DNA from: Candidatus Dormiibacterota bacterium
GTDB taxonomy: Bacteria; Chloroflexota; Dormibacteria; Aeolococcales; Aeolococcaceae
Assembly (NCBI GenBank): GCA_963709585.1
Contig: CAVPXI010000015.1
Location: 128,001 to 192,000 of the forward strand
Direction of reading: 5' to 3'
Length of the DNA: 64,000 nucleotides
Shown here: positions 9,886 to 20,496 of the stretch, in pieces
How the letters are laid out: each line of letters opens with the position of its first letter
Position numbering within the stretch: position 1 is the first letter of the stretch
Position numbers and translations under genes: made by a program
The notes under the pieces: generated by a model
The model's input: only the letters and a program-made list of their open reading frames with translations
Told to the model about the DNA's origin: nothing
Database searches by the model: none

Positions 9886-11108
9886 GGGCCCCCCAGCGGC
9901 AGCGATGCCCACACCCGGAATCCGCCCTCGGGACGCCTGCCTGCGGAAAAGGCGCCGGCCAGGGCTGCGGCGCGTTCGCGCATCCCCTGGAGCCCACCGC
10001 CTTCGCCAGATGGCTCACTCAGTCCGATGCCATCGTCGACGATCTCCAGTTCCAGCCGGTCAGGCTGGAGTACGGCGCGGACCATTGCCATCGCCCCGCC
10101 GCCGGCGTGTCGGGCCACGTTGGTCAACGACTCCTGCACGATCCGATAAGCGGCGGCCGAAACAATCTCGGGGATTTCGTAGTCGCCCTGCGGCAGGTCG
10201 AGATCAATCACAAGTCCAGCGTCGCGCATCTGCGCAGCCAGGGCTGGTACCGCCGAAAGTCCCGGCGTCGGCCTGCGATCAGCGCCCACCAGCCCCTCTC
10301 CTCGGAGCGCGGCGAGCTCGGTGCGAAGCTCGGTCAGCGCCTGTTTGCTCACGCCGCGGATGGCGGTGACCGCTTTGCGCGCCTCCTCGGGCAGGCTGGA
10401 GAGGAAATGCTCGGCCACTCCGGCCTGCAGGCTGATGACCGCCAAGCTGTGACCGATCACGTCATGCATCTCGCGCGCGATCCGCAGCCGTTCTTCGACC
10501 ATGCGCCGGCGTGCTTCCTCTTCGCGGCTGCGCTGCGTCCACTCCGCCCGAGCCCGCAACTCCCTCAGAAAGCGCCGCCGCGCGTCGAGAGCGATCCCCG
10601 CCACCGCGGCGACGCACACCCAGACGCCGGCAAAGAGCGCGACTGGCCACGACCATCCGTACACAGCACCGTGGACCGCGGACAGCAAGGCGGCGCCACC
10701 GAGCGTCGACACGATCCAGATTGGCAGCGATCGTGTCGCGCCCAGGGCGACGACCAGCGCAAGAAATGGGGCCAGCAGAATTGGCCCTGGTGGATCGCCG
10801 ACAAGAAGGTAGGCACTGGTGCAGGCGAGCGACCCGGCATACGCGAGCGGTGGCCACCGTCGCCGCAGCGCCAACGCCATCGCCGCGCTCACGAGCAACA
10901 GGTAGCCGCCGACCCCGATCCGGTGCGCACCGGTGGCGTGCTGCTGCGCCGTGCTCGCCGCCACCAGGAAGCCGGTCAAGACAAGCGCAGGGATCAGGTC
11001 GGCCACAACAGGCGCACGTCGAGCCATTTCCGCCCAGAGCGCTCGTGGCGACGCGGTCGCGGTGAACTGCGCGCTGTGGGGGGCTCGGGATCGCGGGAGG
11101 TCGGTCAT
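9882..11108 (-). CDS. Sensor histidine kinase (HisKA_3)
   Basis: ERLRIAREMHDVIGH, QESLTNVARH, DDGIG. Confidence 0.95.
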   Translation of the reverse strand: MTDLPRSRAPHSAQFTATASPRALWAEMARRAPVVADLIPALVLTGFLVAASTAQQHATGAHRIGVGGYLLLVSAAMALALRRRWPPLAYAGSLACTSAYLLVGDPPGPILLAPFLALVVALGATRSLPIWIVSTLGGAALLSAVHGAVYGWSWPVALFAGVWVCVAAVAGIALDARRRFLRELRARAEWTQRSREEEARRRMVEERLRIAREMHDVIGHSLAVISLQAGVAEHFLSSLPEEARKAVTAIRGVSKQALTELRTELAALRGEGLVGADRRPTPGLSAVPALAAQMRDAGLVIDLDLPQGDYEIPEIVSAAAYRIVQESLTNVARHAGGGAMAMVRAVLQPDRLELEIVDDGIGLSEPSGEGGGLQGMRERAAALAGAFSAGRRPEGGFRVWASLPLGGP

Positions 11109-11185
11109 GCCTCGGCTAGGATGCGCCGTAAAGGCTTCGAGGTAGAGGTCACGATCACCACACCCTAACCGCCGGTGACGGCGTC

Positions 11186-11230
11186 GTCATCCGCCCGGGC
11201 GCGGCTGCTGGCGTACGCCCCCCGACGTAT
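11186..11230. promoter_or_regulatory. Putative NarL-type operator, copy 2
   Basis: GTCATCCG box and GTACGCC-CCCC-GACGTAT upstream of the kinase gene. Confidence 0.45.
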
Positions 11231-11255
11231 CACCCATACGCCCAGAGTTGAGCCG

Positions 11256-12101
11256 TCAACTCGCCGGCGTCGCCCCCTTCACAACAACATATTCCATCGG
11301 TTGCAGCCCACAGTGCCATCGATCAGCGATTGGCTGTAACGCAGGACGAGTGCGCATCGGATCGAAGCCCATCGGTACGATGTCGAGAATTCGGCCACCA
11401 TTCGCCTCGATGACCGGACGAAGTACTCCTTGGGGAAGCGGAAACATGTGCATGCGCGGTGGGATTGGAGGGCTCTCGCGGTTATTGAAGCCGGCAGACG
11501 CTCTCTGGAGTCGGACGCGGAGACGAGTCGTTCGCTGACGCATGCGCTGCAAAGCCGACAGTCCCGAAAATACCGCACCTCCCTCGATCTCGTGGGCGTG
11601 AAACACCAGAACTCCGCGGTCACGCGAGAGAACCCGTACGAGCTCCCCGAGATATGCGAGTGCGTATCTGCGAGGGATGTGTTGGAGCACCCGCGTCGAG
11701 TAGGCAAAGGCAAAGCGGTCGTTCGCAAAGATGGAGAGGTCGGCCCGCTCGTTCAAAGTAAAGGTCAAGCGATCGAGGTTCGGATTGAACCCTCGCGCGA
11801 GTTCCAGCATCGTTGGCGAGATGTCCACCCCCACACAGCCCGCAAAGACTTCCGCAAGAGGTTGACTGACGCGACCTGGTCCGCACCCAAAGTCGAGAGC
11901 CTCCCCGTCGCGATCGATATCCAGACCGCATGCCTCGACATGTTTGAGGGCTGCATCGACATCCTTTCGACCCAACTCCCAGAAGCGTTCAAGCTCATCG
12001 TACGAGCCGCCCTGCGGACCGAGTTCGGTACAGACCGCCCAGAGGGGATCAGTCCGTGCCATGGATTCCCAGTCACTCGAGGTTGTCTTCAACGATGCCA
12101 C
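11256..12101 (-). CDS. Class I SAM-dependent methyltransferase
   Basis: ALDFGCGPG, VGVDIS, VLQH. Confidence 0.9.
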   Translation of the reverse strand: MASLKTTSSDWESMARTDPLWAVCTELGPQGGSYDELERFWELGRKDVDAALKHVEACGLDIDRDGEALDFGCGPGRVSQPLAEVFAGCVGVDISPTMLELARGFNPNLDRLTFTLNERADLSIFANDRFAFAYSTRVLQHIPRRYALAYLGELVRVLSRDRGVLVFHAHEIEGGAVFSGLSALQRMRQRTTRLRVRLQRASAGFNNRESPPIPPRMHMFPLPQGVLRPVIEANGGRILDIVPMGFDPMRTRPALQPIADRWHCGLQPMEYVVVKGATPAS

Positions 12102-12176
12102 AGATGCCGTCCTCTACTTACGACAATCATTCCCGGTAAAATACCGAGGCATCTGATTATCAGGGAGAAGCACGCT

Positions 12177-12629
12177 ATGACCGATTACAAACCGGCTGAT
12201 TACCACACCGTCACGCCGTATCTGGTGGTCAACGGCGCCGAACGTCTGATCACGTTCATCGTCGACGTGCTCGATGGGACCGAAATCATGCGCATCCCCG
12301 GTCCGGACGGTCGTCTCGGTCATGCGGAGGTCCGCGTCGGCAACTCGGTGGTGATGCTCGCCGATCCCCCGTCGCCAGGGGCGACTACCAAATCGATGCT
12401 GCACGTGTACGTGCCCGATTCCGATGCGACATACGCGCGCGCAATAGCCGCAGGTGCCACATCGCTGCGCGAGCCCCAGAATGAGTTCTACGGCGACCGG
12501 ATGTCGGGCGTCGAGGATGCACTGGGGAATCAGTGGTACTTTGCCACACACTTCGAAGACGTCTCGGAAGAGGAAATGGCGCGGCGTGGTGCCGAGGCAG
12601 CCTCGCAAGCGGCATCAGCAGCCTCTTAA
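12177..12629 (+). CDS. VOC/glyoxalase (PhnB-like) protein
   Basis: YHTVTPYL, HAEVRVG, FYGDR..DALGNQW; RBS GGGAG. Confidence 0.92.
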   Translation: MTDYKPADYHTVTPYLVVNGAERLITFIVDVLDGTEIMRIPGPDGRLGHAEVRVGNSVVMLADPPSPGATTKSMLHVYVPDSDATYARAIAAGATSLREPQNEFYGDRMSGVEDALGNQWYFATHFEDVSEEEMARRGAEAASQAASAAS

Positions 12630-12670
12630 TCCAAACCGTCCCTCACCCGCGGCAGTAGACTTCGCCGCTC

Positions 12671-14283
12671 ATGGGTAAGCCCGCTACGAGTTCGAAGATG
12701 TTGCGGTTGGCCGGAACGCTGCGGCGGGGGTCGGCGGCCTGTGGCTTGGCCATTGGCGTGACCGCGATATTAGCAACCACGGCATTCGCGGCGGAAACGC
12801 CAATCGTCATCGAGAGCTTCACCAACGCAACCACCACCTCATCGGCGTGGGGGTTGCCGATGGCCCCCACTGGTACGAATGTAGCCTGCCTGACCGCGTC
12901 ATCGACCTCATCGCAGACGCCGATCCCCGGTTGTGCACTGTCAACACCCGATCCCGCGGGAGCTGGCGCCCTTCGTCTCACCGACGCTACGGGCAGCGAA
13001 GAGGGTGGCGTGGCATTCACGCAGACGTTGCCCACGACAAAGGGTTTGGACGTCTCATTCAACAGCTATCAATATGGTGGATCGCAGGCCGACGGAATCG
13101 GCTTCTTCCTGGCGGCCACCAACCCCGCCAGCCCCACCCCACCGAGCACCATCGGTTCGCCGGGCGGCGACCTGGGTTACTCGTCAGGAACCGGCACCAC
13201 CGGCCTTGCAGACGGATACCTTGGGGTTGGCCTCGACGTCTACGGCAACTACACCAACAGCGATTTCGACGGGACCGGCTGCACGGATCCGCCGTGGGTG
13301 GGGGCTTCAGCAGTCGTTCCCGGCCAGGTTACCGTTCGGGGTCCTGGAAACGGAACGACCGGCTACTGCCCGTTGACGAGCACCGCCGCGACAGACCCGG
13401 GAGCAACTCAAGCACTCGATGGCGGGCCATTCGGAACTCGCGCCGGCTCCAAGGTCCCAGTGGAGATCGCGATCAATCCCAGTACCTCGTCGCTGACGAC
13501 GACGTCTGGCCTGGTGGTGCCGCCTGGAAACTATGCGGTCGCCTTCAAACCTATCGGAGGCGCGAAGCAGAGCTTCGACGGTGTGCTCCCCACCGCAAGC
13601 AACGGGGAGATCCCCAGTGGAACCATCCCAGCGGCGTGGATCAACTCCAAGACTGGTTTGCCATACCAACTCACTATGGGATGGGTCGGCTCGACCGGAG
13701 GTGCCACCGATATCCACGAGATCACTGATGCTGCAGCCGACACGCTCAGCGGCAACTTGCCCGGGCTCGCTGCGAAGTTCTCAGCGTGCAGCCGGCACAA
13801 ACGAACGCGATCGCAACCTACGTGCTCCACGTTTCGACGACTGCTTCCGGAGGGCCGGAGACGCAGTCAATTCTCGTGACGGATACGTTCCCGTCGAACG
13901 TTACACCGCACGCGTCAGGTGCCGGTGGCACCGGGTGGGTGTGCTCCGTGAGCGGGCAGAAGGACACGTGCACCTACGCGGTCTCCGCGGCGCTGGCACC
14001 GGGGACCATTTTGCCGCCGCTGTCAATGCCGGTCACCGTCGACGCTCCGGGAGGTACGACGATCAACGATGTTGCAGCAGTCAGTTCGAACGACGTATTC
14101 CCAGTATCCGTCAGTGCCGCATTCGTGATTCCAGGCATATCGGTGCCAATGACTGGCGCGGAGCAGTCACCGCTCGCGTCAACCCTGGCGGGCCTCATCC
14201 TCATCCTGGCGGGAGGCGCGTTGGCTGGCGCGGAAGTCGCCTTCGGCATTCGACGATCGCTACGGCGGGGGAGTGCGCTCTAG
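12671..14283 (+). pseudogene. Secreted L-type lectin-like + DUF11-like surface protein with a VPMTG sorting-like tail; frameshift near 13790
   Basis: Signal peptide, GALRLT, ADGIGF, GVGLDVYGN, STGGATDIHEI; the downstream frame gives VTDTFPS and VPMTG-TM-basic tail. Confidence 0.7.
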
Positions 14284-14287
14284 GGGA

Positions 14288-14320
14288 GTGTTCGAAATTG
14301 CGGTGCCGAGGCACAGCATC
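14288..14320 (-). repeat. Degenerate att remnant (tRNA-Phe 3' end plus flank)
   Basis: GTGTTCGAAATTGCGGTGCCGAGGCACAGCATC vs 47999-48030 GTATTC-AAATGGTGGTGCCGAGGGACAGAATC (27/33 by eye); intergenic. Confidence 0.6.
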
Positions 14321-14333
14321 CGCAACAAGGGGT

Positions 14334-17300
14334 TCACTGTGCGGTTTCGGCCTCAGCCGCAATGGGTTGCGCAGGGCTCGCCGCGGACAGCTTAGCGAGC
14401 CGCGCCACCCACGCGACGGCACCGAGTTGCTGAAAGATAGCGCGAGCCTCGAGCACCAAGGGAGCGGCGCTGCTGATCTGTCCCTCGCGCTCGAGCCATT
14501 CGCTGTACTCCAGCAAGGTCACGCCAAGCCAGAACTGGTGGCGGATCTCTCTGAACGCCAGCACCGCGTGCTCGAAACCTGCGCCAATCCGTTCCGGATT
14601 GCCGTCACCCTCCGCCATGAGCGCGCGGAGCCGAAGTACATGTGCGGGCAGGAATCGTATGCGGCGAACGTTGGGAAGCCGTTCTGCGATGCCAAGCAGC
14701 TCGCCTGCCGCCTCGCGGTCGCTCATGCTGAGAGCAGCTTCGATGCCGAGAACCAACGACTCCCGGATGGCGTAGTGCCACAACCCAAAAGTCGCAATCG
14801 GTTGCAATGCACCCCGGGCTGCACGCAGAGCTTCCGCGGGCCTCCCTTGGGCGAGGCGCAGAACGGCGACCGCGCAGGCGTGGTCGGTCCGCTCCTGAAC
14901 GTCGGACGAGCGCTCGAAATCCTCGAAGAGCGCGAGCCGCTCGGCGGCTTGCTCCAGTTCTCCGCGATGTGCCAGCATCGCGGTGCCAAATGAGACGTAT
15001 CCCTGGTCGAACGCGATCCGCGCGGTGACCCGATCGTCGACCGACAGCTCTTCCAGCCGCGCAAGAGCCTCGTCCCACCTTCCGAGGCAAAACATGGGAT
15101 AGCAGTAGCCGAGGAAGATGCGCTCCCAGTATCGGTTACCCACGCGCCTCGCGAGCGCCAGACCGCTCTCCACATGGTCTTGGGCCACTTCGTAGCGATC
15201 CTCAGCGTTGGCGATGTCGATCAGGTTGTTATGCGCACGCAACGCGGCGGAAGGCTTGTCGTTCTCGATCGCGACGCGCAAAGCCGCCTCCACGAGCGCT
15301 CGCGCCTCGTGGTGCCGTCCCAACGTCAACAGGAGTAGGTTCTTGGTGTTCAGTGCTTGAGACAACACTTCCGGGAGGTCGAGGGCCTCGGCAAGGTCCA
15401 GCGCTGTCTCGATGCGTTTTGTCGCGAGATCTCTGTTTCCGACGAAGAACTGGAATCGTCCCAGTTGTGCCGCCAGCCAGGCGAACGACTCGTCGGGCGG
15501 ATCATTCACAAGGACCTGGAATGCGCGATCCATGTTCTCGAGTGACTCCTTCATGCGGCCTCTGTCCCACATCACCTCGCTGAGCCGCGCGACGACGCGC
15601 GCAGCGGCATGCGACGCTGCCTGCGCTTCAAACAGTGCGATCGATCGCTCGAACAGGGCGACCGCCTGGTTGCCCCGCGCGCCCGCTTCGGCCATCATCG
15701 CCGCGCGCTCGAGGAGCTCTGCCTGCTCCTGCGGTTCGTCGGTCAGCTCCACGGCACGCTCGAAGGATGCTTGCGCCTCCAGGCTCGCCCCCAGAGATGA
15801 TGCGCGTTCCGCGGCTCCGATCAGGCGAGCTCTTGCTCTCGTTCTAATCTCGGGTGCGTCCAGGGCGTCAGGCGCCGCACGGTACGCATCGAGATAGTGC
15901 GACGCGATGACCTCAACGACGTCGTCCTCGTCGGGTCCCGCGCCAGATTCGAGAAACTCAGCAGCTGCGATATGCAGAACGCGGCGGCGCTTCCTCGACA
16001 ACGTGTCGTATGCAACCTTCTTCACGAGGTCCTGCAGGAACCCGTACTGGCCTCGTTCAGGGGACAGTGGATCCCTCGACATCGTGAGTACTTCTTTGCC
16101 CACCAGCGAATGGAGCAGAGGTTCGAGCTCGGCAGCCGCGAGGCTCGTCATCGCCACGAGCCCCGAGATCGTGAAGGTCCTGCCGAGCACCGCGGCTTCC
16201 TGCAATAGCTGCCGCTCAGCAGGAGCGAGGCCGTCGAGCCGTGCGGCGATCAGAGCCTGCAGCGTCTCCGGAACCTCGAGAGTATCGATGGCGCCAACGG
16301 GGTGGAATGACGTGCCTTGGCGTACGATCAGGCCGCGGTCGAGAAGCATCCGAACCGTCTCCACCGCGTAGAAGGGCACCCCCTCCGCCCGCTCAAGAAT
16401 CCGCGCTTCGAGTTCGTCCGGAAGACCGGGAACGGGTGCACGTAGCAACGCCGTCATCGCCTCGTTGGAGAGCGGCTCAAGAAAGAGCGAGGTGAAGTTC
16501 CGTTTCCTCGCACCCCATGTTGGGTGGCGCTCCGCGAGCTCGGGACGACCCAGGGTCAGGATGAAGATCGGATGGTCTCGGGACCAATCGAGGAGATACT
16601 CGATGAACTCAAGAAGGGCACTGTCAGCCCATTGGATGTCTTCGAAAACGAGCACCGTGGGCTTGGTGTCGGACAGTCTCTCGAAGTACAAACGCCACGC
16701 CGAAAAGAGATTCTCCTGGTCGCCGGATCCCCGATCCTCGAGACCGAGCAAATGAAAGAGTCGAGGCTCGACGAACCGTCGCTCGTCAGGATCTGGCAGG
16801 TGCGTCTCCAGACTTTGATGCAGCTTTGCGCGAGCGGACATCGATTCCTCGTCCTCGACGATTCCGGCCCGCATGCGCACCATCTCGGCGAGCGCCCAGA
16901 ACGCGACGCCATCTCCGTACGCGAGACAGCGTCCGCGATGCCACCAGACGACGTCGACCAGCCCGTCGACGTACTTCTCGAATTCCCATGAGACGCGGGT
17001 CTTGCCGATTCCACCGATGCCGACCACCGAGACCAGATGCGGGCGCCGCTCCTCGGCCGCGGCGTGAAACAGCTCCTTGATAAGGTGCAGCTCCCGGTCG
17101 CGGCCGGCAAACGCCGGCTCGAGCTCGCCTTGCCGGGCGGCCCCGCCGAGCAAGCCGATCACTCGCACAGCTCGCCACAGCGGCACCGGTGCGGTCTTAC
17201 CCTTCAGGTCGTGCAGACCGACGTCTTCGTAGGCGACCGCCGGCTCAGTCGCCCTCCTCGTCGCCTCGCCCACGTACACCATCCCGGGTGGCGCTGCGGC

Positions 17301-17921
17301 TTGGATCCGCGACGCCGTATTGACGAGATCACCGGCCACCATGCCCTGCTCTTCGGCACCGACATTGACGGCGGCTTCGCCGCTGAGAACCCCCGCACGA
17401 ACCTGGAGACTCGCGAGCCCCGCCTCCTGGGCGAGGTCGACAACCGCGTGCGTCAGCTCCAATGCAGCGCGTACGCACCGTTCCGCATCGTCCTCGCGCG
17501 AGACGGGCGTCCCCCATACGGCCATGACTGCGTCTCCGATGAACTTCTCGACTGAACCGCCGTATCGGGCAATCAGTCGTCTGCAGATCTCGAAATAACC
17601 CGACAAGAGGTCGCGCACCTCTTCCGCATCTCGAGATTCGGAGATCGTGGTGAAGCCGACCAGGTCGGCAAAGAGGATCGAAACATGTCGGATCTCGGTG
17701 ACGGGGGCCGCGTAGGACGCGGACCCATCTCCGACCCCGGGCGCGCGGAGGACACGAGGGCGCGGCAGGCCACCGAGCGGCGCGCCACAGGCGCCGCAGA
17801 ACTTCGCGCTTGGTTGGTTGGCCGTTCCGCACGCGACGCAAACCGCCGGGAGCGGTTGGCCACACTCGGCGCAGAACCTACGGTCGGCCTCGTTGTCGGA
17901 TCCGCAATGCAGACAGCGCGT
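14334..17921 (-). CDS. Class III adenylate/guanylate cyclase with double zinc ribbon, AAA ATPase and TPR domains
   Basis: In-frame CxxC repeats upstream of the ORF-track start; LFADLVGFT, KFIGDAVMA, GIGGIGKT, VFEDIQWAD. Apparent start codon is ACG. Confidence 0.9.
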   Translation of the reverse strand, partial: TRCLHCGSDNEADRRFCAECGQPLPAVCVACGTANQPSAKFCGACGAPLGGLPRPRVLRAPGVGDGSASYAAPVTEIRHVSILFADLVGFTTISESRDAEEVRDLLSGYFEICRRLIARYGGSVEKFIGDAVMAVWGTPVSREDDAERCVRAALELTHAVVDLAQEAGLASLQVRAGVLSGEAAVNVGAEEQGMVAGDLVNTASRIQAAAPPGMVYVGEATRRATEPAVAYEDVGLHDLKGKTAPVPLWRAVRVIGLLGGAARQGELEPAFAGRDRELHLIKELFHAAAEERRPHLVSVVGIGGIGKTRVSWEFEKYVDGLVDVVWWHRGRCLAYGDGVAFWALAEMVRMRAGIVEDEESMSARAKLHQSLETHLPDPDERRFVEPRLFHLLGLEDRGSGDQENLFSAWRLYFERLSDTKPTVLVFEDIQWADSALLEFIEYLLDWSRDHPIFILTLGRPELAERHPTWGARKRNFTSLFLEPLSNEAMTALLRAPVPGLPDELEARILERAEGVPFYAVETVRMLLDRGLIVRQGTSFHPVGAIDTLEVPETLQALIAARLDGLAPAERQLLQEAAVLGRTFTISGLVAMTSLAAAELEPLLHSLVGKEVLTMSRDPLSPERGQYGFLQDLVKKVAYDTLSRKRRRVLHIAAAEFLESGAGPDEDDVVEVIASHYLDAYRAAPDALDAPEIRTRARARLIGAAERASSLGASLEAQASFERAVELTDEPQEQAELLERAAMMAEAGARGNQAVALFERSIALFEAQAASHAAARVVARLSEVMWDRGRMKESLENMDRAFQVLVNDPPDESFAWLAAQLGRFQFFVGNRDLATKRIETALDLAEALDLPEVLSQALNTKNLLLLTLGRHHEARALVEAALRVAIENDKPSAALRAHNNLIDIANAEDRYEVAQDHVESGLALARRVGNRYWERIFLGYCYPMFCLGRWDEALARLEELSVDDRVTARIAFDQGYVSFGTAMLAHRGELEQAAERLALFEDFERSSDVQERTDHACAVAVLRLAQGRPAEALRAARGALQPIATFGLWHYAIRESLVLGIEAALSMSDREAAGELLGIAERLPNVRRIRFLPAHVLRLRALMAEGDGNPERIGAGFEHAVLAFREIRHQFWLGVTLLEYSEWLEREGQISSAAPLVLEARAIFQQLGAVAWVARLAKLSAASPAQPIAAEAETAQ

Positions 17922-18121
17922 CTCAGTTCCTCTCGTTGGTTTGGGAGGAAGCCTACAGCGATGCCTTACGGCTGAGGAAGCGTCGTCCGCGTGAGCGAAG
18001 TGCTCGCCGTGCGCGACTTCCCGCGAGCGCCGTTCTTGGCGCTGGCTGGGTGGAAAGCCGCGACCAACTCGTCACCGGAGTGCAGGGAATCGTCCGAAAG
18101 CCTCGGCGCCAGACTGTGCTA

Positions 18122-19156
18122 ATGATGCCTTCCGCGGCGCAGCCGGAGCCCCCCGCGCGTCTATCCGCCGGGTACGAACCGGGGATCAATCGGGCACGCC
18201 TCCTCGAGGCCATCGCCTTCCAGTCGGAGGTCGCCGGCGCCGGAGCAGGCGCCAACGCGACGATCCGCGTCGTCACCGAGCGAGCCCAGCACTTGACCGA
18301 CGCCGATGCCGCGGTCTTTGAACTGGTGGATGGCGACGAATTGATCTCCCGGGCTGTGACTGGTGTCGCGGCGGTCAGCCTCGGTGCGCTGCTCAATGCA
18401 ACCGCGAGGATGTCGAGACTCGCTATCAGCAGCGGCGAGGTGCAGACGTGCTCCAACTCAGAGGTCGACGTCCGCGTGGATCGCATGGCGTGCCGTCGAG
18501 ACGACGTACGTTCAATTCTCTGTGTGCCGGTGTCCCACCGCTGCGAGAACGTCGGCGTGCTCACTGTGTTCTCGTCCTGCGCGTACGCCTTCGACGAAAC
18601 GGACGTCGCGGTGCTGCAGCTGCTCGGCGGGACCATCGCGGCGGCAATGACGCAGGCGCAGCTGATCGAACGCCTCGGTACCATCGCGCGTGCCGGGGCC
18701 CTGACAGGACTGCCCGACCGACGCGCGTTCGAGGAAGAGGCCGGTCGTCAGCTTGCCTTTGCTCGGCGCCAAGGACACACCCTCTGCTTCGGGCTCCTCG
18801 ACTTCGATCATGTCAACCGAACCGATGAGCTCCTCGAGCGCGCTCCCGGAGACCAGCTGCCCGACGAGACGGCGGCGCGCTGGCGAGGCGTGCTGCGCAC
18901 CGAGGATCTCCTTGGCCGCTGGCGAGATGGGCAACTCGCCATCCTCCTGCCGAACTGCACCACGAAAGATGCCGTCCAGTTCTGCTGGAGGCTTCGCGAG
19001 GAGGCCCCTGAAGAAGCCTTCTCAGCCGGCCTCGTCGCTTACCAGGGGACCGAGACCCTGCAGGAGCTCGTGGCGCGCGCAGACGCGTGCCTCCGTAGTG
19101 CCAAAGCGAAAGGCCGGGACAGGACGGTCGCCGAGGGTCTCGTCGACCTCGATTGA
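18122..19156 (+). CDS. GAF + degenerate GGDEF-domain protein
   Basis: GAF (SILCVPV, VGVL), LTGLPDRRAF; active site reads RWRDGQL instead of RYGGDEF. Confidence 0.8.
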   Translation: MMPSAAQPEPPARLSAGYEPGINRARLLEAIAFQSEVAGAGAGANATIRVVTERAQHLTDADAAVFELVDGDELISRAVTGVAAVSLGALLNATARMSRLAISSGEVQTCSNSEVDVRVDRMACRRDDVRSILCVPVSHRCENVGVLTVFSSCAYAFDETDVAVLQLLGGTIAAAMTQAQLIERLGTIARAGALTGLPDRRAFEEEAGRQLAFARRQGHTLCFGLLDFDHVNRTDELLERAPGDQLPDETAARWRGVLRTEDLLGRWRDGQLAILLPNCTTKDAVQFCWRLREEAPEEAFSAGLVAYQGTETLQELVARADACLRSAKAKGRDRTVAEGLVDLD

Positions 19157-19535
19157 GCCGTCGCTCACAGAACGAGACCTGCGACTGCCCTGAGGCCATC
19201 ACGCGCAGGGGGTCAGGCGCCTGGAACGCTGAGCCAAGGGAGCCTCGACGGCCGCGTCCAGATTCGTCAGAGACCTGCCGAAGCCCATATCGGCACTTCG
19301 TAACGCATGGCAACCAACTCTTCACACGTTGCCCGCAGTGACGCCGGGAACCGTCGCGGGACACACCGTCGGCGTCCAGGTCGGCTTCAACGGCACTCCC
19401 GACCACCTCCTGCCATAGCCACCGATACGACCCATGTCGGGCGGATCACCATTCGTTGTGATCTTCGAAATGGTCGTCGGGTCACGTGGCTCGTGGGCTG
19501 CCTCAGTACGCGGGCTGATCGTCGCCTCGGATCAG

Positions 19536-20496
19536 CTACCGCATACGCATCACCAGCCGGTAGGCCAGCGCGAAGAGCGCGAGCGCCAACACGACGAAGA
19601 TCGCCGCCTCGATCCCCTGGAAGAGCCAGAACCGCGCCGCCGGCTGGTAGTGCTGGATCGCGAAGATCTGGGGATAGCAGCCTGGGCCCGGTCCCTGACA
19701 GAATCCCCCGCTCGGAATTGGATGACCCGCGCCATCGACGAGAACGGTAGAACCCACTAACCAATCGGAGGAGGGATTCGGGCCGCTCGTTCCGAAGCTG
19801 AAGCCCGACTGACCCGCCAGGTTGGCGCGCGCCGCAAGGGGCGACAAATAGCGCGGACGAGCCAGCAGCGCCACGGCGATTCGGACGGCAATGAAGCCGA
19901 CCAAGGTGGCGGCGATCGCCGGCACCGTTCGGCGGATCAGTGCGCCAGCGGCCACCCCGAGAGCAAGCGCGAAAAGGGTGTATGCGATCAGCACAGGGGG
20001 GCCGATCTCGAAGCCGTCCCACAGGCTCAGAACTCCCGGCTAACCCCAGACCCCGCTGCATGCCGAACCAGCCCTGGCTCGCAGCCGCCAGGAGTGCGGT
20101 GCTGGATACCGTTCCAAGCACCAGCAACCCAAGCCCGCCGAGAAACCAGCGCCGCCGGGTGATCCCCTGGCTCCAAATCAGCAGGTGGGTGCCGCTCTCG
20201 AGCTCGCGCGCGACCAGGGGGGCGCCGACGAACACTCCGGCGAGCGCCGGGATCACCGTACCCGCGGCGGCGACCCACCACCACGCCGATTGGTAGCTGC
20301 TGCTGTATTGGTTCGGCAGCGACCCGCAGGTCGTGGCAACAACAAGCTGGCTCGTCTGCTGGCAGTTTCGGGAGATCTCGGCCAGGAGGCCGGAGCCGGC
20401 GACGGTGAGCAGCACGACACCGACACCCAGAACGAACAGAACGAGCAGCGCCAACGTTGCCTCCCACCGGTGTTGTCGCCACGTGAGCCAAGTCAT
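19536..20496 (-). pseudogene. ABC transporter permease, frameshift near 20025
   Basis: MTWLTWRQHR, ARELESGT..WSQG; C-terminus YQPAARFWLFQGIE is in another frame. Confidence 0.85.

Noticed and set aside
12586-12597. GTGGTGCCGAGG match to the tRNA-Phe end
   Set aside because: Only 12 nt, inside a coding region (RRGAEA); likely chance.
17975-18120. Hairpins upstream of the GGDEF gene as a c-di-GMP riboswitch
   Set aside because: The conserved GEMM core sequences could not be found.
19418-19490. Long imperfect hairpin between convergent genes
   Set aside because: Single occurrence in GC-rich DNA; a terminator or chance is sufficient.
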